Source of the DNA: an uncultured virus (IMG/VR IMGVR_UViG_3300042484_003076) | Taxonomy: Duplodnaviria > Heunggongvirae > Uroviricota > Caudoviricetes | Length of the DNA stretch: 64,000 bases | IMG/VR virus record: IMGVR_UViG_3300042484_003076 | Strand: one strand, 5' to 3' | Shown: piece after piece, positions 38,488-49,281 of the stretch | Numbering within the stretch: position 1 is the stretch's first letter | Layout: every line of letters begins with the position of its first letter | Program-made: the position numbers and the translations under genes | Notes under the pieces: model-generated | Seen by the model: only the letters and a program-made list of their open reading frames with translations | What the model was told of the DNA's origin: nothing | Databases searched by the model: none

Positions 38488-38530
38488 CCAACAAAAAAGC
38501 GCCATATCACTACAGCGCTTTTTTGTTGGT
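38487..38530. terminator. Bidirectional terminator
   Basis: ACCAACAAAAAAGCGC...GCGCTTTTTTGTTGGT. Confidence 0.8.
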
Positions 38531-38774
38531 TGAGTTAGCTAATTAGCTAAAAAACACTTAACAAGAATTGTTTATCTGAATCATCTAAATTAGAAACAGC
38601 AAGTCGTTCAAGAAAGGTTGTTTTCCAAATACACTTTTTTGTTTGCTCAATGTCGAAACACCATCCGTCAGACATTTTATTTAAGTGATAATCAATGTCA
38701 TTTTCAGTAAAAAGATTTTGCACCCAAATCTTTAAAGCGTCCGAGCATCCACTAATTTGGTAGATTTCCATTAA

Positions 38775-39515
38775 TTAGCTAAGTCCTAACCCTCTCTTCA
38801 CTAGGTCCATCGGATCGGCTGTGCGGTTAAAGTCACTCGTTTGACGCTTGCCACTGCCATTAGGAATGTTATCACCACTAGCGCGATTAAGTGGCTTTGC
38901 TGCTGATGGCTTCTTAGCTGCAATCTCGTTAGCCCAATCTTCAATAGTGAATGGTACAGTTTTTTTATCCACAACCTTAAAGCGTTGAGTGCGATCTTTA
39001 ACAGACTCAACGACAATCACTTCATACTCACCATCCTCATTCTCGATCGCTTCCAACTGCTTAGCGTATGCAGGATTGTTGGTTAGATCATCAAGAAATT
39101 CAGACTTAAAAACTTGAGCAAAGGCGGCTTTGATTTCCTTTTTAATGAACTGCTGTTTAACCTTTGCATCTTTCTCTTCAAGCCTTTGCAGTGCTTCTTC
39201 TTCGCGTTTTTTAGCTGCTGCTTCCTTGGCGGCTGTTTCGGTCAGTAAACGCTCTTTTAACGTCTCAAAATCGCCCGTCCGTTTTGCGCGTTCTTCTTCA
39301 TCAAGCTTTTCTTTCTCTTTGAGTTGCTCCTCTAATTGCTTAGCTCGTTTGTTAGCAGCATCCGCTTCATCACGCAACTTTTTAAGAGTGCGCTTTACCG
39401 TGTCGTCTTCATCTGGTTTTGCGGGTGCTTTAGGTTCATCCGTAGCGCCACTGCTAACACCATCGGTAGATTCAGCGCCACTTTCTTCATTCTGTAAAAA
39501 ATATTCTTTAGGCAT
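38775..39515 (-). CDS. Capsid scaffolding protein
   Basis: Charged coiled coil, 'LKKLRDEA', downstream of portal. Confidence 0.8.
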   Translation of the reverse strand: MPKEYFLQNEESGAESTDGVSSGATDEPKAPAKPDEDDTVKRTLKKLRDEADAANKRAKQLEEQLKEKEKLDEEERAKRTGDFETLKERLLTETAAKEAAAKKREEEALQRLEEKDAKVKQQFIKKEIKAAFAQVFKSEFLDDLTNNPAYAKQLEAIENEDGEYEVIVVESVKDRTQRFKVVDKKTVPFTIEDWANEIAAKKPSAAKPLNRASGDNIPNGSGKRQTSDFNRTADPMDLVKRGLGLS

Positions 39516-39517
39516 AT

Positions 39518-39889
39518 TTAAGCTCTAGTATGTTTTCCTGATAGACTCGCATAATTCTGTAGTTGCAAATTGTCGATAAGCCATTGCCGATCGCCATTGT
39601 ATAAAGCCATTGTAGCTCTAAGATCAGAGCCACTTTGTTTTGTAATACTGTAGAACGATGGAACAGATTGACTGGTTACCCCAAGACTGCCGTCGGTCAT
39701 TTGAGTATCGATAGTAGTTTTGTATGTGTCTAACCCGTCAAGCTTTGATTGTACCTCAGTTATAGCACTTACCCCGTAGGTGTCTTCGTAGGTTGTGAGA
39801 GTGCTTTCAATTAGAGTGTAATAGTCGCGTGTGAGGTTGAGGTATTTCACGATGCGATCGCGATCGCTGTTTGTCCATGTTTGTGTCAT
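39518..39889 (-). CDS. Putative head-tail adaptor
   Basis: 123 aa, helical, in portal operon. Confidence 0.45.
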   Translation of the reverse strand: MTQTWTNSDRDRIVKYLNLTRDYYTLIESTLTTYEDTYGVSAITEVQSKLDGLDTYKTTIDTQMTDGSLGVTSQSVPSFYSITKQSGSDLRATMALYNGDRQWLIDNLQLQNYASLSGKHTRA

Positions 39890-39895
39890 ACGTTA

Positions 39896-40222
39896 TTACC
39901 AAAAGATTGATCTTCTATGGTCTGCATCTTGAAGGATTCTAGGCTGTAAAACTAAACTAGGTTTTGAGTATTCAAGTTCAGTGATTTTTGGATTATCATG
40001 CTCAGATTTCGCATTAAAAAGCAAAGAAAGAAAATAGGCATCTCTTTCTTGAGTAGATCCCTTTAAAAAATCTTCGTTGTTAAACCTAACAAGAATATAG
40101 CGATCGCCTTGTCTCATCATTAGCTGAACAGCGTCTAGCAGTGGATTGTCAATAAAACTGCACTCCCAATATGGAAAAACTTGCCGTGCTAATGGCTTGA
40201 GTATTTCTTCTTTCTCACTCAT
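39896..40222 (-). CDS. Hypothetical protein
   Basis: Coupled to portal stop. Confidence 0.5.
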   Translation of the reverse strand: MSEKEEILKPLARQVFPYWECSFIDNPLLDAVQLMMRQGDRYILVRFNNEDFLKGSTQERDAYFLSLLFNAKSEHDNPKITELEYSKPSLVLQPRILQDADHRRSIFW

Positions 40223-41832
40223 GATTCCGTCTCCGTTTCATCGTCATTGCTATCGTCATCAATCTCAGTCGTTGCAGGTTGATTTACTGGCATATCCACA
40301 GGCGGCGCGATCGCCACAATCTTCTGATCTTTTGGTAAGAAGTTAACCCTATGCAAAATCTCTGTAGCTGCTTCTTCAGTTAAGCCTTTATTAATTACCT
40401 CGAAGATAGTGCGAATTAAGTTCACATCCGCAGGGGCAAGAATAAAGCTCAAATCTACGTCAATTGTACCGTGATCCTCGGTTACGTCTTCACCTTCCCA
40501 CATTGCCCAATGGCAAAAGATTTGTTGAGAGCATGACTCTTTGTTAACCTCATACTCTTGTAAGCCTGCTTCGTTTTGCCCTGCTTTGATACTTACCTCA
40601 GTAGCAGATTGTTGAACAAAAGACTCACCCAAGAAATTGAAAACAGTCTGCTTAATCAATGCCTCTAATCTATCTAGCGCTTGAATCATAGGCGCAACAC
40701 TATTTGCGTCAGCTTGCAAATAGTAAACCTTAGCAGCCCCGATCTGGGTTAACACTGTCTCAATGACAGCAGCGCCGCCTGTAGACAAAGGACTGAGTTT
40801 CTCTGGAATAAAATCAATATGCTCACGTACAGCAGTAGGATTCATCTTACGAACTGTCGCAAGCCAATCACTACACACTTGGTAATGAACATGATTCTTT
40901 TGCTGTAAATCAAGTAACGGGGGTATCGTATCCCAAGGGTTAGCACTGGTTACTGAGTAAAGCACAAAGGGGATTTGACTCAATGGCAAGCCATTGGTAT
41001 CTAGCAATGGTCTAGGCGCTTCTTCTACTCGATATTCCTTTTCGCCTTTGTCATTAGTTTCAATGCAAGTTACCGATCGCATCACAGCATAATAAATACG
41101 ATCTTTTTCTTGCACTTTGATTAGCTCGTATTCCCAGCAATAATTTTTCATTGATTGCTTGTAACGGGTTTCGCTAATTACCTCACTCCGATCAATCGTG
41201 ACGTGCTTAAGCAGTACAGAGCCGTCATTGGTGTATTCGTAATCCTTGATATCAATATCTAATCTAGGAATTAGCACTGAGTAAGGACGCAAATCTAATT
41301 GTTGTTCAACTGCACGATTAGGGATTTCGCCAAAATTAGGATAAAGGGTAAGCACCCCTACAAAGCCATCTCTAACAGCCATGCGATCGGCTTCAAGAAA
41401 GAAAGCTCTGATCGATGTTCCGCGCTTATCAAAATTCTTTGAGGCATTGACAACCGACTCAGGCACATTGCCACTAAGCACCCATTTACTTAGCAGACTA
41501 GAAACAATTTTGACGGCTGGTTTAAAGAAATTAACAAATAGCGATCGCCTTAATCTGAAATACCACTCTTTCGGTGTTTCGCTTGGCATGAGTGGTAAAT
41601 ATTCCTCAGCCAAATTATCAATAATCTGATCGAGGTTTTCGCCATAGATCCAAGCGCTTTGCCCCTCGTAGAAATCTATGCAACGCCTGACATTAGCTTG
41701 CTGTCTTTGATAAGCAATGCTCTTTAATGTTGGGTTGTTATCGTCGCCAAGTATGTTACCGCCTCGATAGCCTTTAGCGATCGCTTCTGGCAATTGATTT
41801 GGCTGTAACGTGATTAAAGTTTCTGTTGTCAT
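40219..41832 (-). CDS. Portal protein (DUF4055-like)
   Basis: YLP..P.E....Y.RL.R..F.N, IPFV, PPLLDL...N..HYQ..SD, SATE motifs. Confidence 0.9.
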   Translation of the reverse strand: MTTETLITLQPNQLPEAIAKGYRGGNILGDDNNPTLKSIAYQRQQANVRRCIDFYEGQSAWIYGENLDQIIDNLAEEYLPLMPSETPKEWYFRLRRSLFVNFFKPAVKIVSSLLSKWVLSGNVPESVVNASKNFDKRGTSIRAFFLEADRMAVRDGFVGVLTLYPNFGEIPNRAVEQQLDLRPYSVLIPRLDIDIKDYEYTNDGSVLLKHVTIDRSEVISETRYKQSMKNYCWEYELIKVQEKDRIYYAVMRSVTCIETNDKGEKEYRVEEAPRPLLDTNGLPLSQIPFVLYSVTSANPWDTIPPLLDLQQKNHVHYQVCSDWLATVRKMNPTAVREHIDFIPEKLSPLSTGGAAVIETVLTQIGAAKVYYLQADANSVAPMIQALDRLEALIKQTVFNFLGESFVQQSATEVSIKAGQNEAGLQEYEVNKESCSQQIFCHWAMWEGEDVTEDHGTIDVDLSFILAPADVNLIRTIFEVINKGLTEEAATEILHRVNFLPKDQKIVAIAPPVDMPVNQPATTEIDDDSNDDETETES

Positions 41833-41883
41833 TTTTGCAACATTAATTATTAATATGATATTATCAGCTTAATCTGAGTTAAT

Positions 41884-41958
41884 GGGGCGTGATGCTCTAA
41901 TTAATAAAAGATTGCGGAAAAGATTAGAAGTGATTTCTACCTTTGAGCGTGATGCCCC
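41884..41958 (+). promoter_or_regulatory. Structured leader or operator with three GTGAT-centred motifs upstream of the capsid gene
   Basis: GGGGCGTGATGCTC, TAGAAGTGATTTCTA, GAGCGTGATGCCCC. Confidence 0.55.
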
Positions 41959-41997
41959 CGCTACACAGCAAAGCACTCAAAGTTAGGAATCATAAAT

Positions 41998-42951
41998 ATG
42001 GCAGCTTTAACACTATTAGAAATGGCAAAGCAAGCCCGTGAGACGGGAGACGTTCTCAAGGCTGGTATTGTCGAGCAGTATGCGGGTAATTCTCCGATCC
42101 TTGACGTTATTGCGTTTGAAGAAAGAGCAGGCGGTGTCGTTGAGTGGCTGCAAGAGAAGCGACTCCCCGTAATGGCTAACCGTGCAATCAACGAAGGTTT
42201 TACAGCCGATATTGGTGAAGTTGAACGACGGATCGAGAAAGTCGTCATTGCTGGTGGCGAAATCAAGATCGACACGGCTGGCTTGAAGCTGTATGGCGAA
42301 AACGTCTTGACCACTCAAATCTCGATGGCCCTCAAGTCATTACAACTTAAATGGCATGGCGATTTCTTTAATGGTGATCACGCTATTAACCCTAAAGAAT
42401 TTTCTGGGTTGAAGACTCGTGCTGGTGGTACTCAACTAGTTCAAGCTGGTAGCACTTCGGGTGGTGATGCATTATCACTTAGCGCTTTACGCCGCGCTCG
42501 TTCTAGAGTTCGCGCTGTCAACCCTCGTGCCCAATTGCGTATCTACTCCAATCTTGATTTGTATTTGCGCTACCAAGATGCAATCAGTAATCCCACAATT
42601 TCGGGTTACGTTGTCCAAACCAAGAATGACATCGGCGTTGAAGCCCCTACATTTATGGGGGTCCCTTGGTTTCCTATTGAAGAAGACGCAGAGGGCGATC
42701 AAATTCTTGGTTTTACCGAAGTTGGAAGCGGCGGCGGCGGGGCTGTAACCTCTTCAATCTACATCGTTGCATTTTCTCCTGAAGACCTTACAGGTATTCA
42801 AACAGGCGGTATTGACGTGCGCGATATGGGAGAGATGCAGACAGAAACTAAAAGACTGATTCGTATGGATTGGTTGAACAATTTCGCAACTTATAACCCT
42901 CGTTCCTTTGTTCGCCTTGCTGGTGTAAAGGACGCTGCTTTTGTCGCTTAA
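41998..42951 (+). CDS. Major capsid protein
   Basis: ALTLLEMAK, NRAINEG, FFNGD....PKEFSGL..R, TSSIYIV.F....L.GIQ motifs of an HK97-fold capsid family. Confidence 0.9.
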   Translation: MAALTLLEMAKQARETGDVLKAGIVEQYAGNSPILDVIAFEERAGGVVEWLQEKRLPVMANRAINEGFTADIGEVERRIEKVVIAGGEIKIDTAGLKLYGENVLTTQISMALKSLQLKWHGDFFNGDHAINPKEFSGLKTRAGGTQLVQAGSTSGGDALSLSALRRARSRVRAVNPRAQLRIYSNLDLYLRYQDAISNPTISGYVVQTKNDIGVEAPTFMGVPWFPIEEDAEGDQILGFTEVGSGGGGAVTSSIYIVAFSPEDLTGIQTGGIDVRDMGEMQTETKRLIRMDWLNNFATYNPRSFVRLAGVKDAAFVA

Positions 42952-42988
42952 AAATATCAATTACGTGATGTCACGTAATTGATATTTT
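42951..42988. repeat. Perfect inverted repeat, 18-bp arms with 2-nt spacer
   Basis: AAAATATCAATTACGTGA-tg-TCACGTAATTGATATTTT. Confidence 0.9.
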
Positions 42989-43020
42989 GCAATGCTTTCA
43001 ACCCAATTAAAGAGAAAATT

Positions 43021-43476
43021 ATGGTTTACTCAAGCGCTTTTAAATCTACTCTCCCTAGAGCTAATAACTCTACTAACAAATCGCAGATCGATGCGTTAAC
43101 AACCCTACGCGATTACACAGCGGCGGCTGCTAGTGCAACTACTAATGGCACTCCCATTGAATATCCTTTTACTGCTGAAGAATCGGTAAAGGTGATCATT
43201 AATCAGGCTGCTTACTCTAGCTATGCGGCTGGTACTGTTCATTGGACTCTATCTCTTGAGGTTTGCGACATTGTTGGCGGTACTTATAGGCAAGTTGCCT
43301 CTATTGCCCCCACCGTAGCGGCTGGCGCGGCTCTCAATAGTCAAGAGGTCTTTTTGAGTGGTGAACAAATCAATAAAACTTTTGCTAATGCAAGGTTTTT
43401 AAGAATTGTCGCAACTAAACTCAGCACAGCAGGAAACCTCACTTTCGGCGCATACCTCGTCCCATCAGGCTGCTAA
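43021..43476 (+). CDS. Putative capsid decoration/cement protein
   Basis: Beta-rich, immediately after major capsid gene; ATG 43021. Confidence 0.6.
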   Translation: MVYSSAFKSTLPRANNSTNKSQIDALTTLRDYTAAAASATTNGTPIEYPFTAEESVKVIINQAAYSSYAAGTVHWTLSLEVCDIVGGTYRQVASIAPTVAAGAALNSQEVFLSGEQINKTFANARFLRIVATKLSTAGNLTFGAYLVPSGC

Positions 43477-43479
43477 ATC

Positions 43480-44080
43480 ATGAAACAAAATCTTTATCAC
43501 CCCAAAACAGGGGAATTAAGACGAATCCATCATCATGATGTTGAGGGCTGGATTGCAGACGGATGGCTAACAGCGCCCCCCGATCTAAATCCGATTGTTG
43601 ATGAAGAGCCAGAAGCGATCGCACCAAAGTCAAAAGCTAAAAAATCTACACCTGTAGATACTGAATAACTAAACGGAATAGGCGATCGCAAGGTCGCCTA
43701 TTTTAATAAAAATGAGTTGCGCTCTTGAAATACCAATTGAAAATTTTGCGGACAATCCGATAGTTATTGGTTTCCCTTGGAAAGCATCGTTATCTTTTGG
43801 TGTGGGTACTCAGGCGACTTTTGTTGGTGCTGATTTATCACTGTACGATATCTTTTTTGCGATCGCGCCAAACGCAAAATCGTCTATTAGTATTGCCCCT
43901 ACTGTTACAAAGTACTCTAACGGATTAGCGGAATTTGAATTTAGCGCAATTCAGACAAGTGCCATGACCCCCGCAGGTCGATGGACTGGACATTGTTTTT
44001 TGCAGTTAATAGCTGGAGGATCGCCAGAATATTTTATAGAGATCTCCCCTTACGTCGTTAATCCTGTACCAATGCCATGA
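43480..44080 (+). CDS. Two small virion-region proteins (43480-43668, 43712-44080)
   Basis: Position in late operon. Confidence 0.5.
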
Positions 44081-46011
44081 CGCAAATAGTTAAAGTCCTT
44101 AACTCGCCAACACGAATTATTAAATCTGCACCAATCCAGATTAATAACACTGGTGTATCAGCTAAGCAAAAATCCATAAATTTTAGTTATGGCGATGTGA
44201 CTACACAGACGATCTATGCATTGACAGCAGGGCAGCGGATAACGCGGGTGGAAGTGGCTTTTGATGTTGCCTTTAATGTCGTTTCTACTATTTCTGTAGG
44301 TGATAGTGGCAACACTCAGAGATTAATGACTACAGGACAAAATAATCCGCTTTCTACGGATGTTTACGCAACGACCCCGTTTTATAAATATGCGTCAAAT
44401 ACCGATATTTTGCTAACTCTTAATACTGGTATTGGTACTACTCAAGGGTCGGGCGTTGTTATTGTTTATTACGAATAGGAGAAAGAAATGGGGTTGTTTA
44501 AAGATCTAAAAGGTACTACCGAAAACATATTTCGTATTGGTACTCATGCTTGGAAAGGTATTACAGGCGGCTTTGCGGCTCGTAATGCTGCTGATAATGC
44601 CGATGAAAAAGTACAAGCCTCTCAATTTGAAGCTACTGGAAACACTGGCTTAATTATCAATTCTGATGCGGCTAATACAGGCGCGGATTGGTCTATTACA
44701 ATCAATCGTCCTGCAACTGGTATGGCGGCCGGCTACACACTGACTTTGCCTACTACAGACGGATCTCCATCTGAGTATTTGCAGACGGATGGCAGTGGTA
44801 ATTTAACATGGGCTGGGGTGGGCGGATCTGCCGACAAAATGGCGGTTGATACCACTTCGCTAGCGTTTGGTACGTCTTCACCATTAACACTGTTTACAAC
44901 TCCAGCTAATGCTGTAATCCATAAAATCCAAGTCGTTATTGATACGCCTTTTAATGGCACTGCTAACGTAACTGTGGGGATTGCTGGCACTACCTCTAAA
45001 TATATGGGTTCGTCTCAAAACGTCTTGCAAGGCACCGCTAAAGATGTTTACGAAACGAATCCTGGAGAGGCGGCGGCTAGTGAAGCTTTGATCGCTACTT
45101 ACGCAGCAGGTGGCGCTAGTACTGGAGCTGCTAGAATCTTGGTGTATTACTCTGTACCGTCATAATTAAATGAGTTTAATACCTGATTTAAAGGGAATCA
45201 CTAATACTAGCTTCATGCTTAATGCTGGAGCTAGTCAAAGCGGATCTGACTGGCGAACTATTTTGCAATTACCAGCAACGGGTCAGGGCGCAAATTTAAC
45301 TTTTACTTTACCGCCAAATTACGGAACTTCGGGACAGATTTTACAAACCGATGGCACGGGTGTAATGACTTGGGTTACTAATACGGGCGGATCTGGAATT
45401 AGTGAGGAGTTGGCGATCGCCTACGCAGTGGTGTTATGAAAATATTAATTACGAACTACACTTTTAACGCAGCCTCAAAAACAGTTACGTTTTTGGGCTA
45501 TTCGCGTATTTTGCTCGATTCAATTCTGATAATCACAAACGTCGCGTCCAACACAATTATTTATAATTTTGCGGGTACTGGCAAAGGCGGGACAGTATCA
45601 GGTAATGTTTTGACGCTTGATTTTGACACTAGCGCAATGTCAAACAGCGACCCATTACAGATTTACTACGATGATGCGGCGATAGTTCCTGCGACGGTGC
45701 AAGAGCAGCAAAACACTGAAGATTTACTTTATTTGCTATCCGTTCAAGGCAATGCATTAGGCAAATTGGCTGAAATGGTTGATGGTGCAAATATTCGGGC
45801 GGCGCTACAGGCAAGCGCCGCTGTGATTGGCGGTGTAACCCAAAGCGGATCGTGGACATTAACCACAGTTACCACTGTTTCTACCGTGACAACCTGTTCA
45901 ACCCTTACAAACCAAACACAGAACGGTGGACAACCTACTAACGATATTGTCCCAAATGCCACAAATACGCTTGCCTGTTTGCTAAATATCAATAACGTTA
46001 CTTACACATAA
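44077..46011 (+). CDS. Four putative head/tail fibre module proteins (44077-44478, 44488-45165, 45170-45439, 45436-46011)
   Basis: Thr/Gly-rich; LTLP..DG....LQTDG.G..TW fibre motif in two of them. Confidence 0.65.
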
Positions 46012-46015
46012 ACCT

Positions 46016-47746
46016 ATGCCAGTACTACAAAAAAATCTACCTTTATTGCATACGCCTACGTTTCAGCAGATGAGTTCGCTACCTCCAGCGGCTGCAACGG
46101 TTGCAAACGCATTTGTTGCTAACGATCCTACAGGGCGATCGCCATTTGTGCTGTACGTTGTATCTGCTACGGTGCAATATTTATATACAGATAATGGATG
46201 GATTCAAATTCCTTCAGGGGCATTAGCGACTTTTGGGGCTGGAGCTTGTGCGGTATATCACCCATGGAGTAATACCTACACGGCAAACGGTGGAAGCACA
46301 ACAACAGCAACAGTAGCGGCGGGTACGCATAATATTACTGGCTTAGCGCTTGGCGAGACAATTGAGTTTGTTGTTAGTGGCACTAACAACGGATTGCGTC
46401 GCACAATCACAGGCGTAATTAATAACGCGGGTACAGGCACAATTACAATCCAATGGTCGGGCGCTGTTGCAACGGCTGTATTAAACACTCACACGTTTAG
46501 GATTAGCACAGGCAGATTCTTTGTCTATGGCGGTGGTGCAACCACGGCGGGATCGTTTAAATCCTTTGATGTTGCTACTATGTCTTGGTCTGGGAACTTA
46601 ATAGTAACAGGCGTTCCAACTTTTACCAATGACGGGCGTATGGCGTTAATGTATCAGCGACCTAAAAGCTTTCAATCAGGGCTTGCGACGGCTGTTACAA
46701 ACACGACTAACGCGACTATATCGGACAATACAAAAAGCTGGAAAGTAAATCAATGGATTGGCTATTGGGTAAGGATTACCTCAGGGGCGGGTTCGCCTAA
46801 TGGCAGTACAGGGGCGATCAATCCGTTACTTCAGATCACTAGTAATACAGCTACAACGCTTACTCTATCAGGTGTTTTTGCAACAACTCCTCCCGATACA
46901 ACTTCTTCATATTCAATAGAAGACATACTTGCTTCTGGAGTTGCGACTTCTGGCAGTACAACAACGTTGGTTAACTCAACTAAATCAGGCGGATCGGCTT
47001 GGACTGCTAACCAATGGACTAACTCTCGCGCAAGAATCACGGGAGGGACAGGGCTAGGGCAAACATCAATTATTGCTAGCAATACAGGCGACACCCTAAC
47101 TATCGGTACTGTCGGCACTGCGATCGCGTCGGGGTCTATTTATGAGATTGAAGGTGACGAAAACTTTATCTATTTGGCTGGTAATGCTGCTGTTGCCATG
47201 TACAAATACTCAATTTCGGCGGGTACTTGGGCAACAGTAGCGCCAACAACCGCAAGAACGACAGCGCTAGGGGCTTCTCCAAGCTTGAACGCCGCTTACC
47301 ATACAGGCTGTCCAAATTGGAGTAGTGAACCAGCGATTTTAAACGGTCGTTACCTTTATTCTTTTAGGGGCGCTGCTTCTGGGGTTGTGGATCGCTTTGA
47401 TATAGCTGGAGGTACGGCTGGGGCTGGGGCGTGGGCTGTAGTTACTACAGTGAACGCCGAAACATTTACCACAGGCGCAAGCTTTGGTATCTGGAAGGGT
47501 AAAATATACATCAGGAAAGAGTCGGCATCAGGTGTGGCGCAAAGGTTTTTTTACTATGATGTCGTTAAAAACGCACTGCTACCTTTTACCACACTAAATT
47601 ACCCAGATGGCGCGGCGTTAGCTGGGACTAAGATCTGGGTAAAAACGTTTGACCAGAACCAAACCGATGCCGATGCCGATGCCGTAAATTGGCTTTACAC
47701 GCTACAATCGACAGGCAATGCTTTACACAGAATTATGCTTTTTTAG
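46016..47746 (+). CDS. Putative fibre/receptor-binding protein
   Basis: 576 aa, Thr/Gly/Ala-rich, repeated W..NQW....RIT.G.G module, propeller-like C-terminus. Confidence 0.7.
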   Translation: MPVLQKNLPLLHTPTFQQMSSLPPAAATVANAFVANDPTGRSPFVLYVVSATVQYLYTDNGWIQIPSGALATFGAGACAVYHPWSNTYTANGGSTTTATVAAGTHNITGLALGETIEFVVSGTNNGLRRTITGVINNAGTGTITIQWSGAVATAVLNTHTFRISTGRFFVYGGGATTAGSFKSFDVATMSWSGNLIVTGVPTFTNDGRMALMYQRPKSFQSGLATAVTNTTNATISDNTKSWKVNQWIGYWVRITSGAGSPNGSTGAINPLLQITSNTATTLTLSGVFATTPPDTTSSYSIEDILASGVATSGSTTTLVNSTKSGGSAWTANQWTNSRARITGGTGLGQTSIIASNTGDTLTIGTVGTAIASGSIYEIEGDENFIYLAGNAAVAMYKYSISAGTWATVAPTTARTTALGASPSLNAAYHTGCPNWSSEPAILNGRYLYSFRGAASGVVDRFDIAGGTAGAGAWAVVTTVNAETFTTGASFGIWKGKIYIRKESASGVAQRFFYYDVVKNALLPFTTLNYPDGAALAGTKIWVKTFDQNQTDADADAVNWLYTLQSTGNALHRIMLF

Positions 47747-47755
47747 GAGAAAACA

Positions 47756-48223
47756 ATGGCTAGCAAAGCAACGAAAATACAAGGTGTTGATTCAACTACA
47801 TTTAATCTCACGATCAATCAATTTGATGAAGCGCTGCAAACAAATGTTCAGCGCTTGAGCCAAAACATTCCGCAAGCTGATTACTCAGTACATTTTACTG
47901 ACGGAACAACCGTTAGAGCGCGGTACGACAGCAATCTATCGCGATGGGACATTTCACTAGTAAGAAGTTTGACACTCACTAGTGAAAATTGTATTTTCTT
48001 GACGGATCCCGAAAATCCCAATAGCGATTCATACTTTGAATACGATTGGGAATATCCAGCGCTGATTACTTCGCCATTTTACAGTGAACTCATCGTTGAA
48101 TGGATCCGCGACAATGTCGTCGTAAATGGCGTAACTAATCAAGTTAGCGTCAATTATATTCAAGAAGGCGCTTATAGAGCCTTCACTAATCTTAGCGAAC
48201 AACTCTACTGGATTCACCCTTAA
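47756..48223 (+). CDS. Hypothetical virion-region protein
   Basis: AGGAG RBS; last gene of late operon. Confidence 0.55.
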   Translation: MASKATKIQGVDSTTFNLTINQFDEALQTNVQRLSQNIPQADYSVHFTDGTTVRARYDSNLSRWDISLVRSLTLTSENCIFLTDPENPNSDSYFEYDWEYPALITSPFYSELIVEWIRDNVVVNGVTNQVSVNYIQEGAYRAFTNLSEQLYWIHP

Positions 48224-48405
48224 CCCTTACCAAAAGCCCGTCATGTCTGGCGGTACTGGTGCAGGATCAAGAATACTGAAATAAGCCCGCCTATTTCAAT
48301 AAAAATGACAGTACAAACTGATTAAAGAGAACTACCCTTTGGTGATTTCCTTATCAACTGAGCTGGGCTTAAATGTTAGCGAGATTTTTGATATTGCGAT
48401 CGCAA

Positions 48406-49281
48406 TTAAATAAAGCTTAGTTGTACTTGTTTGCTTGGCATTTTAGCGATCGCCTGTAAGTCTGCGCGGATATTCTTCGAGCGATCGCATATCCATAATT
48501 TTTCGGTACGTTTTGTATCGTGCTTAGTCCGCGATCGCCCATTTGATGCGGACATAGTTGTCTCTATCTCTACGCATTTTTGCGCTGATTTGGGCGCGAT
48601 ATCATGATGATAGTTACTCAGTACATAGCTAGATTCGCTAGCGTCAAGAGCATCACATAAAGCTTGATAATCGTCTAAAGTATAACCGACATAATGCCCT
48701 TGATTAGTGTCAGGGTAGGGCGGATCAACATACGCAACCGTATGGCTACTGTCAAAGCGCTTAACAAAGCTCAAAGCATCTTCACAGCCAATATACACAT
48801 CCTTTAAGCGCTCAAAACATTCTGGCAATCTAGCGGCGCGATTTACCCATGTTGCTGCTTTGCTTTCATTAATTACTTGCGCCGCCCATCCGCATCCAAT
48901 TTGACTAGCAAAACTCATATTGCATTCAATATAAGTAGCCCAAGCAACTTTAAGATCGCTGTACTCAGATGGATTGTTATAGATTTTTCGCGCTTCACGA
49001 TGCTCTTCTTGGCTGTAAGGAGTGAGTTCTATCCATCGTGCTAATTCGTTAGGTTGCTCTCTTGCCACGCGCCAGAACGTGATTAATTGCTTGTTCAGGT
49101 CATTGATTGCTTCGCGGTAATAGCCTTTATTACCGCGATCTATTTTGCCTTTGGCATAGAGTACAGCGCCGCCTCCAAAGAACGGTTCTACGTAAACGGT
49201 GTGCGGTATCGCCATAATGTGAGGCACTATCTGAGAGGCGATACGACTTTTGCCCCCATAATAAGAACAGGGTGTTTTCAT
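48406..49281 (-). CDS. DNA adenine methyltransferase (Dam/D12 class)
   Basis: YYGGKS, YVEPFFGGGAV, INDLN, YVDPPY. Confidence 0.92.
   Translation of the reverse strand: MKTPCSYYGGKSRIASQIVPHIMAIPHTVYVEPFFGGGAVLYAKGKIDRGNKGYYREAINDLNKQLITFWRVAREQPNELARWIELTPYSQEEHREARKIYNNPSEYSDLKVAWATYIECNMSFASQIGCGWAAQVINESKAATWVNRAARLPECFERLKDVYIGCEDALSFVKRFDSSHTVAYVDPPYPDTNQGHYVGYTLDDYQALCDALDASESSYVLSNYHHDIAPKSAQKCVEIETTMSASNGRSRTKHDTKRTEKLWICDRSKNIRADLQAIAKMPSKQVQLSFI

Noticed and set aside
48180..48283. Possible frameshifted C-terminal extension of ORF 47756 (…GFTLNPYQKPVMSGGTGAGSRILK)
   Set aside because: Short alternative frame with no slippery site; cannot be distinguished from chance without homologs.
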